Assembly (NCBI GenBank): GCA_048937405.1
Contig: JBHLNF010000001.1
Location: 1 to 64,000 of the forward strand
Source of the DNA: Promethearchaeota archaeon
GTDB taxonomy: Archaea; Asgardarchaeota; Lokiarchaeia; Sigyniarchaeales; SOKP01
DNA length: 64,000 nucleotides
Direction of reading: 5' to 3'
The translations under genes and the position numbers were made by a program. Below the pieces are notes generated by a model. That model was not told where the DNA came from and made no database searches. It was given only the letters and a program-made list of their open reading frames with translations. This document shows positions 40,801 to 50,145 of the stretch, piece after piece (the stretch's first letter is position 1; each line of letters begins with the position of its first letter).

Positions 40801-42274
40801 ACAAAATTCCTTCCAAAAAAATATTGATGAGCTTAAACTTAAAAAAGAGAATTTCTGGGAGATTACCGAAAATCTACGAAAGCAAATAGATGAAGAAAAT
40901 AAATCTCTTGAAGATACTTTGGATCGATTAAGAGCACTTGAAAATGTTATGAGATTAATCACCTCTATCGAAGATATTAAAAAAGAAAATACTGAATCGA
41001 ATAAAAAAATTGAAGAGTGTCAAAATGAGATTAAAGGATTAAACTCTAAAGCAGAAGAAATTCAAAAAATTATTGATGAAAAACAACAGGTAATAGATAC
41101 TTTTAGAGATGAAAAAACTAAAGAGGTAGACGCACAAAAAACAGCCCAAAAGAATTTGAATAAATTGAATAAAGATGTACAGAAATCGCAAGGAAAATTA
41201 AATGAACTTAATAAAAATAAAGAAAGAGAACAAAAAATCATTGGATTAGGCCAAGATATAAAGGATACTGAAGAACAAATAGAATCAATTTCAAATGAAT
41301 TAATCAGCTTAAAAGAAAACTTGGATACTGTAAACGCAAAGAAAGATGAAAAACAAAGTGAAATTGACAAGTATACCCAAGAAAAGGATGAATCTTGGAA
41401 AAAACAAAAAGAATACCAAAAGGTTTTGACAGACTTAAAGTCAGACCTTTCCATGGAAAACTCTAAAATAAATAATTTTGAATCAAAAAAGATAATGTGT
41501 ACAGACCAAATTGAAACTCTATTCCAACGATCCAAAGAATATGGGTCATTACCCCCTGTAACCGAGGATCTTTCAGAACCAACATTACAATCTGAAATTG
41601 TCGAATCTACTAAGAAGAAAAAAGCTCTTGAGCCTGTAAATCTAAAAGCTATTGAACAATATGATACTGTGAAAGAACGATTCGATGAAATTGATATGAG
41701 ACGACAAACTATTCAAAGAGAGAGAAAATCCATCCTTGACGCTATTGATAAAATTGAACTTGAAAAAACTCGTACCTTCATGAAAGCTTATCATGAAATT
41801 AATAGAGAATTTAGCCGAATTTTTCAAAAACTCAGCCCCGGCGGGTCTGCTAAAATGCTTTTAGATCGACCAGATAAACCTTTTGAAGGAGGGGTTAGCA
41901 TCGAAGCTAGACCTCGTGGTAAAAAAATCTCAAGCTTGGAAATTTTAAGTGGAGGTGAAAAAACATTGGTAGCTCTCTCGTTTATATTTGCGGTGCAAGA
42001 ATTTTACCCAGCACCTTTTTACGTTCTAGATGAGATTGATGCGGCCCTCGATGGCCCCAATGTTCACAGAGTCTCGATGGTACTGAAGGAGTTTTCCTCG
42101 CAAGCACAATTTATGGTTATAAGTCATAGAGAGGAGAATATTGTAAATGCGGATAGAATATATGGTGTTTCTATGCAACAAAGTGGTATCACCGATATCT
42201 TTAGTGTAGATTTAGAGGAAGAAGCTAAAAGACTTCTTGAACTTGAAGATGTCGAACCAACCATTACAGAATAA
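37823..42274 (+). CDS. smc: SMC chromosome-segregation ATPase, unusually long, non-canonical centre
   Basis: GFKSF, GPNGAGKSN, Q-loop VLQG, PVNLKAIEQY, LSGGEK, VLDEIDAALD, ISHR. Confidence 0.93.
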   Translation: MTYIKKISMSGFKSFGDRTVTIRLSSGFTCIVGPNGAGKSNIIDALCFSLGRMSKKTMRAKSLEDLIFAGSRGKNPSQRASVTLYFDNSDNVFPGGPEDFEITRIIKRGGGGGYKMNGKKTTRQQILNALAAANVDPDGSNQFVLQGKIVELTHMNAEDRRKFIEELIGLQKYDEMKDATLKELEKAERDLGQFEAIFKEVSAQLKKVEKEKNDALAWKEIDQQINLLNSQLIALKISKLRKEEDELEGKIENSLKIIEELQEKINRQEDILKQESLVMDNIQKTISDKEKEREEITEKITQVKTEISSSQTTLNLAKKSIDKLTQEIENLESQQMELEEGQTFDSLIETVSKEILEYETHIEDAKNEIEKRQQNQAELDVKIKTSEDEKSLSNKEISKIQQSISSNNAQIKMLRGNIKKNEEKKEKLENELQRLKKDAESIDEAIEATKKTESEIRKRINDLNTKISKENQNQKDLETEISNIQTEKNQLNSKLTDFQASLSSLNTEIKMNQENIQELNEKKISTEKKIADLSKGRDAEKAVKELLKENDTINKELSELKAVFKQENSIFRKNEQELELAKMKSHSYESETNDNKSKIDNMNTELKIFSKELTKLEREKNNLELQVDSLNENLTSITGESEKLQTKKENVQRRLEELSKERDNFVKKIESSEEEYEKNTKDITGILQILNMLTQNINISVESIKSNIQQSNAEAIESSAEDFKKFILDIFDIMKTVEDIGNGQERSTEMTDMLNSIMQTLKLFTDNADSTISQLIDKVKESADVEIQTSTSTFDSFVQDLMEILENVYLSLRKLTMSKSQELYKQLEELSETINSQTDDFNKIEKQLSESNIQKNHYSENLSAYNKRLEEINKRTNQLNERIKKAKEEIHEREETISNRQQEINKLDSEITKLKELKDTYWDRISKIQDDIDNKQKEQEILRGKLQELHGIQNLFDNITEIDENVEKLNNLITEKKTLILNTEETIKTIQDEQNSFQKNIDELKLKKENFWEITENLRKQIDEENKSLEDTLDRLRALENVMRLITSIEDIKKENTESNKKIEECQNEIKGLNSKAEEIQKIIDEKQQVIDTFRDEKTKEVDAQKTAQKNLNKLNKDVQKSQGKLNELNKNKEREQKIIGLGQDIKDTEEQIESISNELISLKENLDTVNAKKDEKQSEIDKYTQEKDESWKKQKEYQKVLTDLKSDLSMENSKINNFESKKIMCTDQIETLFQRSKEYGSLPPVTEDLSEPTLQSEIVESTKKKKALEPVNLKAIEQYDTVKERFDEIDMRRQTIQRERKSILDAIDKIELEKTRTFMKAYHEINREFSRIFQKLSPGGSAKMLLDRPDKPFEGGVSIEARPRGKKISSLEILSGGEKTLVALSFIFAVQEFYPAPFYVLDEIDAALDGPNVHRVSMVLKEFSSQAQFMVISHREENIVNADRIYGVSMQQSGITDIFSVDLEEEAKRLLELEDVEPTITE

Positions 42275-42287
42275 AGAGAATGATGAG

Positions 42288-44099
42288 TTAATTTTTTTTT
42301 TTACATTCTTGGCATCTGCTCCCTTGATATACAGCACCAGGAGTTGTATTCCACACATGTTCATTTTTACATTTTATGGTAATAGTTTTGAACCGACCTT
42401 TGTAAGGAGTTAATAAACTCCATCCTTTCTTATGTATAAAACCTTGAAACTTTTTTGCATACTTATCCATTTTACATTCTGGACAGAAATTCTCAATGTT
42501 TTTATAATGTCTTTTAAGCCCTTCTGGTGATTTTTTAAATTTATGACCTTTTTGACATTGATACCATAATGGAGTTTTTGCATTTACATATTCATTAACT
42601 AATTTACAATTAAAGATTCTCCCAATTTCTTGAAAATATTCCGTTGTTCCTTTTTCATTTCCAGCACATTTTGAACACCAATTATTCTTATATACAGAGT
42701 CTGGTGTAGTGGTCCATTGATGTCCCTTTTCACACATAATTGTAACTTCTTTTTTTGCTGTAAAATAGGGTGTAATTAACGCTCCACCTTTTTTTTCAAC
42801 ATAATCTCTAAATTTTTTTGCATATTTATTTTCATGTATTATAAATTCCCGATAATCATATCTAGGTCCTTTTTTAAGATCTTTTTTAGTCTTTTTTTTA
42901 TATTCTTGTTCAATATATTTCTGCATTTTATAATAGGGTACAATTTTATCATCAGGGACTTGAATGAGGGTTACTCCATTATCTTTGCATAATTTCAATT
43001 TAAGAGCATCTTCTTCTTGTAGTTTTTTCAATTCTTCTTCAGTCATACCAAAAGCTTTTTTTCGATGTTGAATCCCCTGATACTCAAACGCTAATCCTAA
43101 CTCTTCGTTATATCCATCGAGTTCCATTTGATTTCCGTTTTCATTAACTAACCATTTAGGATAACTTTTTGGAAAGGACTTTTTGAAAATCTTTTCAAAA
43201 AATCTTCTACAGATTGTTTCGCTAATGTATAAATGACAATGTGGACACCAAGTTTTTGAATAAACTACACTATTATAAGTAGTATAAAAATGATGTCCTT
43301 CAGCACATTCAAGATGAATTTTTGACTTGGCATTTTCTAAGTCCGTTGTATGACATTTACCGCCTTTCTTTTTTGCGATTTTTAAAATAGTATCAATTGT
43401 AACATGTTTTTGAGTGCGAATATAATCCCGATATTCTTTTTGTATAAATATCCTTTTTAGTTGGTTCCGAGCGGAAGTATCACTAATGAGAAGCCATTTT
43501 TGTATATCATATGCATTAAATTTACCTTTGTTCTTTAAAACAAGATTTTTAATAGTGTTATTTAAGACATCTTCATCCCTAATTTTCGTTGTTAATGTGA
43601 TGTAATGTGAAAGTATTTTAGTTTGGTCTTTAATGAGAGTGGAATGGTTAGTTTGAGAGACATCTTCAAATTCATTTTTTTTATTTTTAATAAAATCAAT
43701 AAAGGTTTGAGTTGGGCGAAAATTTTTTATCCAGCAGCCAGAGTTATTGAACTCATTCACAATTTCTTTTATTGACTCGTTTCCATGAGTGTATTGCAAA
43801 AATTCTTTGAATTTTTCGGAATTCTCTGGCATTGAAATATCTTTTGGGAATAATTTTAATTTTTCCTTAGTTTTATTGAATTCATTGATTTTTGGTTTAT
43901 TATTAGTAATTTCTTTTTCTTCGATTGTTTTATTGGGAGTTTCTCGATTCTTGAATCTATTATTAACCGATTTTTGTGGTGACTTTTGTTTGATTTTTGT
44001 TTTAGTTTCTGTTGTAACTTTATCCTTTCTTGATTTTCTTATTTCTTTCCGAACTGGTCTCTCATTCCTTTCAAATTGGGGCATTTTTGATCTTTTCAA
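42288..44099 (-). CDS. Multi zinc-ribbon protein with Vsr/PD-(D/E)XK-like endonuclease domain
   Basis: Four C..GH......WCPxC-type repeats around MELDGYNEELGLAFEYQGIQH; Lys-rich N-terminus. Confidence 0.8.
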   Translation of the reverse strand: MKRSKMPQFERNERPVRKEIRKSRKDKVTTETKTKIKQKSPQKSVNNRFKNRETPNKTIEEKEITNNKPKINEFNKTKEKLKLFPKDISMPENSEKFKEFLQYTHGNESIKEIVNEFNNSGCWIKNFRPTQTFIDFIKNKKNEFEDVSQTNHSTLIKDQTKILSHYITLTTKIRDEDVLNNTIKNLVLKNKGKFNAYDIQKWLLISDTSARNQLKRIFIQKEYRDYIRTQKHVTIDTILKIAKKKGGKCHTTDLENAKSKIHLECAEGHHFYTTYNSVVYSKTWCPHCHLYISETICRRFFEKIFKKSFPKSYPKWLVNENGNQMELDGYNEELGLAFEYQGIQHRKKAFGMTEEELKKLQEEDALKLKLCKDNGVTLIQVPDDKIVPYYKMQKYIEQEYKKKTKKDLKKGPRYDYREFIIHENKYAKKFRDYVEKKGGALITPYFTAKKEVTIMCEKGHQWTTTPDSVYKNNWCSKCAGNEKGTTEYFQEIGRIFNCKLVNEYVNAKTPLWYQCQKGHKFKKSPEGLKRHYKNIENFCPECKMDKYAKKFQGFIHKKGWSLLTPYKGRFKTITIKCKNEHVWNTTPGAVYQGSRCQECKKKN

Positions 44100-44124
44100 T
44101 GGTTAATATTTAAAAGATATAAAT

Positions 44125-44454
44125 TTAGATTACTCCTTTTCTTATGAGGAAAATTCCACAAGTGGGGCAAATTTTGCACTTTAATTCAACTTTTTTTCCA
44201 CAATAAGGACAAATCCAATGTCTACTTTTAATTTCTGATAATCTTTCTATAAATGAAGTTAAATCTGGAGCATCTAGAACATATTGTTTTAGATCTTCCC
44301 TTTTTTCATTTGAAATTATTTCTTCAACCTCATCGATAAGTTCAATAATATTTATATCGGTTATTTTACCACAATCTAGACAATTTATTTTATATTCAAA
44401 TTGAATTACATTTTCACTATCACACATAGGGCAATTAATGAAGTTTTTTGACAT
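44125..44454 (-). CDS. Small zinc-ribbon protein
   Basis: CPMC/CLDC and CPYC/CPTC pairs. Confidence 0.7.
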   Translation of the reverse strand: MSKNFINCPMCDSENVIQFEYKINCLDCGKITDINIIELIDEVEEIISNEKREDLKQYVLDAPDLTSFIERLSEIKSRHWICPYCGKKVELKCKICPTCGIFLIRKGVI

Positions 44455-44932
44455 TGATAAAGAAATTTTAGTAGTTAATTTTAATTTGGTGTGATTATTG
44501 GTCGATATATTCAGATTTAAACTCCTATGTTTTTAAGAAAGGTATTTTGTTATAAGGTGAGGAGTTTCAGTTTTTTTACTGAATTAAAACGTTGTTAAGT
44601 ATTTTAAGAATTTCTAGTATGTTGAAAAAGGAGAAATAGAAAGTGAAGAATTATTTTAAGAAAGAGATGTCATGATTCATTTTTGTAATGAGAATACCTA
44701 CCTCTTCACTTTCATTTATGACTCAAATACTAATAGAAAGTAATATATGATAATTTAGTAGGTATTTAAACAAAACGAAAATATTTTTTGATTCCTAAAC
44801 TCACAATTTGATATTAGAATTTTACAAACTGATAAAGAATTACTTTTTTTAAATAAAAATTGAAAGTGATTTAAAATTGGATTTAAATAATATACTATTT
44901 AGTTTATCCTCAATCGTTTTCTCTTTAGTATA

Positions 44933-45361
44933 TTACTGAAATTTATTACTAACTTCTAGTTTCTCATATTTCCTTAACTCCTGAAATTTAGATAATTCTT
45001 CTTTAGAAATTTTTAGTAAATGAAAAATCTCATCTGAGTTAAGCATAAGAAGTTCTATAAAAGATTTGTTTAATTCTTTTTCTTGGTCTTTTGAGAGTTT
45101 AATATCAGGATAGATTTGTTTCAGTGCAATATAAAGAGCTTTGGCCTCTCCAGCAAATTCGTTTATCTCAGATCCTTTAATTCCTAATTGCTTCTCCAAC
45201 TCTAGAAGGCAATAGTCGCGTTCTTCAACATGTTCAAAAATAGCTTTTTGAAAGTTTACCCATCCCAGATTCTTTGAAACTATCTCTACTATTTTATCAT
45301 AAAACAAGTCAGGATTAAATTTAGTTAAATCAATTCTATACATTTTTAAGAAACACACCAT
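44933..45361 (-). CDS. Hypothetical protein
   Basis: 142-aa ORF downstream of the HTH gene. Confidence 0.6.
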   Translation of the reverse strand: MVCFLKMYRIDLTKFNPDLFYDKIVEIVSKNLGWVNFQKAIFEHVEERDYCLLELEKQLGIKGSEINEFAGEAKALYIALKQIYPDIKLSKDQEKELNKSFIELLMLNSDEIFHLLKISKEELSKFQELRKYEKLEVSNKFQ

Positions 45362-45379
45362 AAATTATTCGAGGTTTAT

Positions 45380-45634
45380 TTAATCACTTACTTTCCAAAA
45401 AATGAGTGGACGGCCCCTTCTTCCATTATTACGAGAATATTTTTCAATTAATTTCCTTTTTTGAAGCTTTAATAAATTATCATAAACAGTAGTCCTCGGA
45501 ATTTCCAATTTTTTTGCCAATTCTCTTCGTGTTATTGGTCCAATCTTTTCTAAAGTTTTAAATAGAACATATTGAATAGGAGATAAATATCGTTGCAAAT
45601 TGAGCCCTTTTTTTAATATTTCGCTTTCATTCAT
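45380..45634 (-). CDS. TrmB-like winged-HTH transcriptional regulator
   Basis: GPITRRELAKKLEIPRTTVYDNLLKL, GRPLIFW. Confidence 0.88.
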   Translation of the reverse strand: MNESEILKKGLNLQRYLSPIQYVLFKTLEKIGPITRRELAKKLEIPRTTVYDNLLKLQKRKLIEKYSRNNGRRGRPLIFWKVSD

Positions 45635-45864
45635 AAGTATTTTCCTATTTTCAAATTGAATTAATTAGAAATATTATAAATTTATCGACGAAAAACTTTT
45701 TAAACTACGATTATTATGTAATTTTTCTGCTAAATTCACCCTATAATTATTCATAAGTATACCTAAGAATATTTTAATATCTTTATGAAGAAATTACTTT
45801 ATCTTCCTCCAATTAGACTGGTATTAATTCTATTTTAGTTAAGATGATATTTTTTGAGAAAATT

Positions 45865-46167
45865 TCAAGGATTCAAAATTAAATGATACAAAACCAAAAT
45901 GAATAGAATGACTCCAATAAAGATATTCATGACTGTTGCCAAATAATAAATGAAATTAAAAATAGCTAAAAATTGTAAGCCTGAATCTACAATAAATTTT
46001 CTTAGTGTTTCTAAGAAATAATAAAAAGGTAACAGGAGGATAATATATACCATAGAACCAAGTATAGTAACTAAAGAATTTCCAGACATCAAAACATAAA
46101 TGAATAAAATAATAATTAAAATAAATAAAAACCAAATAGGAAATAACAGAATTGGTAGTAAATTCAT
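45865..46167 (-). CDS. Small three-TM membrane protein
   Basis: Almost entirely hydrophobic 100 aa directly after the secretion ATPase. Confidence 0.65.
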   Translation of the reverse strand: MNLLPILLFPIWFLFILIIILFIYVLMSGNSLVTILGSMVYIILLLPFYYFLETLRKFIVDSGLQFLAIFNFIYYLATVMNIFIGVILFILVLYHLILNP

Positions 46168-46190
46168 TTTTACTTTACCTTAAATTACTT

Positions 46191-48383
46191 TCAATTATTA
46201 TATTCAAATTTCCATTTTTCCCAAAAATCGCGAGTTTCAGCATAAGATTTAACAGAATAATGCGCTAATTCGTGAAATAAGTTAACTAAGTCATGATTTT
46301 CAACTTTTTCACAATTTAAAAGATACTTAAAGATTTCCTCATAAAGAATTATAAAGTTGTTAAAGATATTTTCATTTAGTTTTTCGAATTTCTTTAACTT
46401 AGTAATTGTTTTACTTTCATAGAGTTTTTTGAGCAAATTCCACTTTTCTGATTCTGGATCATAAAGAAATAATTCCCTATAATAATCTCCAGCATGATAA
46501 TTACTCAAATCAATTTCTGAAACAGAGACAATTCTCCTCTTATTAAATTCTCGGTTCATTAAAACTAATAAATCTAAATCATCCAATTGAGAAAAATTAA
46601 TTTTAAATGTATGAATTAACCGATTTATTAAAGAATCAATGTCTTGAGAGTGGATTGTTTGAAATCCTCTTAATCCCGCAGCCAGACAGTGAAACCAAGC
46701 TTTAGCTTCTTCTTCTGTTAGAATCTCTCCTAAATAAATAATGTCCGGAGTACGATGAAGTAGTGTTTTTATATGATCGCTTTTTGTGTATCGATTCTTA
46801 TTAGTTGTATCTAATGAGTCTGCTTGATATTTAAGCTGATGTTTACTGAAAATCAATTGTTCTAATGACTCGGTGACATTTTCAACATATATTTTTCGAA
46901 AATACTCTGGGGAAATCATATCGAATGCGTTAATTAAAGTAGTTTTACCTGTATCTGTCTCTCCTGTTACTGTGATGTTTACTCTTCTTATCATACAGAA
47001 GTAGAGAAACGCTGCCATCAAAGGATTAAGTGTATTTGTTTTCATTAAATCTTGAAGTGTTAAAATATTTTTATTCAATTTTCTAATATCCAATGAAAAG
47101 GTATTGACATTAATAGGTTTAACATCAATGGCAAATCTACAGTAAAAGTATTTGTTTTTAATGACGTATTTTAGAGTTGGATTAGAATAATCCAATCTTT
47201 CCTGACTATATAGTCTTAATAATGTAATTATTCGCTTTATGTCCTTGCTAGATAAAGTTATATTCGTACGACAACGACCGTATTTTTGGTGATCGATATA
47301 AACCATACTCTCAGGGGAATCTAAAAATATTTCTTCGATATAATTATCAATTAAAAGTGGAAAAAGCGTATTTAATTGAAGAAATGTAATGGCACAATAA
47401 AAAGCAATTCTTTTTTTCTTATTTTCATCCATCTTATAATTAAGGTCAATAATTCGTAAAGCGTCTTTCTCATATAAATCAATTAAATGTTCCAATGAAA
47501 CAGTATCCTCAAATCTTAAAACTTGCATATAAGAAAGAATATTTTCAATCAACTTTTCAAAATAGGATTTTTCTGATTCCGATTTATGAATTAATTGATA
47601 CTGATATAATTTTTCTGTCTTGTTTGCTATTCCAAATATTTGAATTTGATACAAACCTTTACCAATTTGGTAAGAATGCAGTAGTCTTTCTTTATTCGTT
47701 TCAAAGAATTTTGTGTCTGAAAGGGCTACTTTTTCATCAATTTCCTTTAATGAATGAGATTTTGTAATCAGAAACTCATAAAAATAAAAAATATCTTCAA
47801 ATTTGGAACTTTCCTGTAGGGTAGTTTTATATTTTCTTATTAACTCTGAATCTAAAATTATTAATAATCTTTTTTCAATTTCCTTACATTTTTCAATGCA
47901 ATCAGAGCATACAGAATCTACAGAACTAAAACCTTCGATTTGATCTACTATACGCTCTGTCTTGAAATATAATGAAATTGGATCTTTAAGATCTTGTTTA
48001 TTTAAGGCAAAGAAAGATTCAAAATCTCCAAAAATTCTACATCTAAAATTATCTTTATAAACACATGTTTCTCTTATTTTCAATAATTTTGAATAGATCT
48101 TTCTAACTTTTTCTGTGTTTTTAAGACTTTCAAGTAATAATTTTGTTGTTTTTTGATCAGTTGCAACGTCTAAAGCTTGAATGTAAATTCTTTCGAATGA
48201 TTTATCTTTATTATTTCTCACACTATTGAAAAGGCAGTAATAACATTTCTTATTCTTTAGAAAATGTTTAGAATTTTCTGGACACTGGTTGCATTCAATA
48301 CTTAACACTTTTTCTTTATGTCCTTCAAGATTTTCTTTTCTTTGAATAGTTGTTTTAGTGTTGTTCAGTTCAATCATTTCCAA
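46191..48383 (-). CDS. Type II/IV secretion (TadA/VirB11/ArlI-like) ATPase with Cys-rich N-terminus
   Basis: PLLIDNYIEEI, LDIRK, GETDTGKTT, LHRTPDIIYLGEI, TIHS, RRIVSVSEI. Confidence 0.88.
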   Translation of the reverse strand: MEMIELNNTKTTIQRKENLEGHKEKVLSIECNQCPENSKHFLKNKKCYYCLFNSVRNNKDKSFERIYIQALDVATDQKTTKLLLESLKNTEKVRKIYSKLLKIRETCVYKDNFRCRIFGDFESFFALNKQDLKDPISLYFKTERIVDQIEGFSSVDSVCSDCIEKCKEIEKRLLIILDSELIRKYKTTLQESSKFEDIFYFYEFLITKSHSLKEIDEKVALSDTKFFETNKERLLHSYQIGKGLYQIQIFGIANKTEKLYQYQLIHKSESEKSYFEKLIENILSYMQVLRFEDTVSLEHLIDLYEKDALRIIDLNYKMDENKKKRIAFYCAITFLQLNTLFPLLIDNYIEEIFLDSPESMVYIDHQKYGRCRTNITLSSKDIKRIITLLRLYSQERLDYSNPTLKYVIKNKYFYCRFAIDVKPINVNTFSLDIRKLNKNILTLQDLMKTNTLNPLMAAFLYFCMIRRVNITVTGETDTGKTTLINAFDMISPEYFRKIYVENVTESLEQLIFSKHQLKYQADSLDTTNKNRYTKSDHIKTLLHRTPDIIYLGEILTEEEAKAWFHCLAAGLRGFQTIHSQDIDSLINRLIHTFKINFSQLDDLDLLVLMNREFNKRRIVSVSEIDLSNYHAGDYYRELFLYDPESEKWNLLKKLYESKTITKLKKFEKLNENIFNNFIILYEEIFKYLLNCEKVENHDLVNLFHELAHYSVKSYAETRDFWEKWKFEYNN

Positions 48384-48398
48384 TCATACCTGGAGTTA

Positions 48399-48776
48399 TT
48401 AATCATTTCTTACTGTGATTTTAATTTGAGTAGCAATAAAATTATTGGATGGATCATATGCTCTGATTTCTAACCAATATTTCCCCACATTAAGGATAGT
48501 TTTACTTATGATTACTCCTTCATTATTGATATATAAATTAGAAGTATCATTGATCCAGTAGTGGTCAATACCAGAAACGTCAGATGCATTTACATCATAG
48601 AAGAAGTACTCTCCATATTCTATAATTTGATCTTTAGGTGTTTGATCCCATATAGGTTTATCATTATCCTTTCTATACTCATCAACTTCTTTTAAGTTGG
48701 GTATTATCCAAATTAGGAATGAAGATAATATTATAACACCTACTGCCAATAATAGTACTTTCTCAATTGTTTCCAT
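48399..48776 (-). CDS. Pilin-like membrane-anchored protein with Ig/cadherin-like domain
   Basis: METIEKVLLL (Glu at +5) hydrophobic helix; PIW...NASDVSGI...GKYWLEIRAYD. Confidence 0.6.
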   Translation of the reverse strand: METIEKVLLLAVGVIILSSFLIWIIPNLKEVDEYRKDNDKPIWDQTPKDQIIEYGEYFFYDVNASDVSGIDHYWINDTSNLYINNEGVIISKTILNVGKYWLEIRAYDPSNNFIATQIKITVRND

Positions 48777-49009
48777 GTCTTTATTTTAAGAGAAAAGAAT
48801 AAAAAGTCCCATAATTTCATAGCTATTTTTTTTGATAAATTTAAAGATAAAAAAATGGGTGGATACAAAGTTCAGTGATTATTAAATTTACAAGATGTTG
48901 ATTTCATTGATGGTATAAATTGATTTTGTAGAGAAATTTTTAAATAAAAGAAAAGATAGGCAATAGTATAAATCTCATAAGTAAATATGATATAAAGAGG
49001 AGCGAAAAA

Positions 49010-49795
49010 ATGGCAGAAGTTGTAATTGCGTTATTATCTCCTATTGCAACATATATAGGAAAAAAGATTGTTGAGAAAATTAAAAAGAAGGATGACCAAA
49101 AAGAAATTAAAATAGATGTTAATAGTCCAGATTATAATGGGACCGCAAATCACTGGGTAACTAATCTATTTGAGCGTATAAATGAACAGAAAGATAACGA
49201 TCTCCAATATGCCTATATAGGGGATAATTTGGGAACTTCCATTGAAAAAGATAAGGATGTCTCTACCCTTAAAATGCATATCTCAAAAGTAGATCAGGAT
49301 GCGATGAATGAGCTTATAAGCAATAACCAATGGGCAGCGCAAAATGATCCCATTCATGGCAATGCGGTATTTAATTTTGCCATCCCTCAAGTTGCATATG
49401 CTCAAACGGCTGATGATACTCATCAAATAAAATATAAAGATTTCTCATCAATTCCTCTGAATGGAAAATATATGTTTACCACTAAATTACGTGCTCCAGA
49501 TTACGGAAAACAAGATCCAGGTGATTTCTACAAAAAAGGGGGGACGTTTGAAATTCCTGTCTATTTAGAACAACCAGCAACAGAATATGAAGTGTACCCT
49601 GTAACTCCTCCTGCCCCCAAAATCCCTGATTATGCCATCCAAACGAAAATCATAAAGGATCAATCACAATCACTCAAACCAAGTGATGAGGTTTTTGTTT
49701 TTTGTCCTTTTTGCGGTACTAGAATACCCAGAAGCGCAAATTTAAAATTCTGTTCAGTATGCGGGAAAGATATCGAAAAGCACCTTAATTTTTAA
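49010..49795 (+). CDS. Hypothetical protein with C-terminal zinc ribbon
   Basis: RBS gaggag; FCPFCG...KFCSVCG after a Pro-rich linker. Confidence 0.8.
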   Translation: MAEVVIALLSPIATYIGKKIVEKIKKKDDQKEIKIDVNSPDYNGTANHWVTNLFERINEQKDNDLQYAYIGDNLGTSIEKDKDVSTLKMHISKVDQDAMNELISNNQWAAQNDPIHGNAVFNFAIPQVAYAQTADDTHQIKYKDFSSIPLNGKYMFTTKLRAPDYGKQDPGDFYKKGGTFEIPVYLEQPATEYEVYPVTPPAPKIPDYAIQTKIIKDQSQSLKPSDEVFVFCPFCGTRIPRSANLKFCSVCGKDIEKHLNF

Positions 49796-49839
49796 TTAAT
49801 ATTTGAATTACAATTTAATACTTTCGTTAGGAAAAGAAA

Positions 49840-50052
49840 ATGGTAAATACAAATATTCTATGGAAAAAAGCACAGGAGTATGAAAAAAACCATAATTATA
49901 GGGAAGCGATTAGAATTTATCTAAAAGCGACTCAAATTGACTTGAAAGGTGGAAAGAAAAAATATCTTTCTGCAGAATTTAATAAAGAAAGATTTTGTTT
50001 GCAAAAAATAAGAAATTTAGACGGAGTATTGAATCTTCTAATAGAGCATTAA
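49840..50052 (+). pseudogene. Truncated paralog of the N-terminus of TPR gene 55751..58018
   Basis: ILWKKAQEYEKNHNYREAIRIYLKATQIDLK vs ILWNKAREYYKKHNYREAATIFLKAAQIDLK. Confidence 0.75.
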
Positions 50053-50145
50053 AAATTGAAATTAATTATAAAAATTTTTGATAGCGCTTAAGCATGTTTA
50101 TAATTTAGAAAAAAATAAAATATAACGAGATTAGGTATAAAAAAA

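Noticed and set aside
44639-44713. 11-bp inverted repeat gaaagtgaaga / tcttcactttc
   Set aside because: No target-site duplication, second copy or transposase; may be chance
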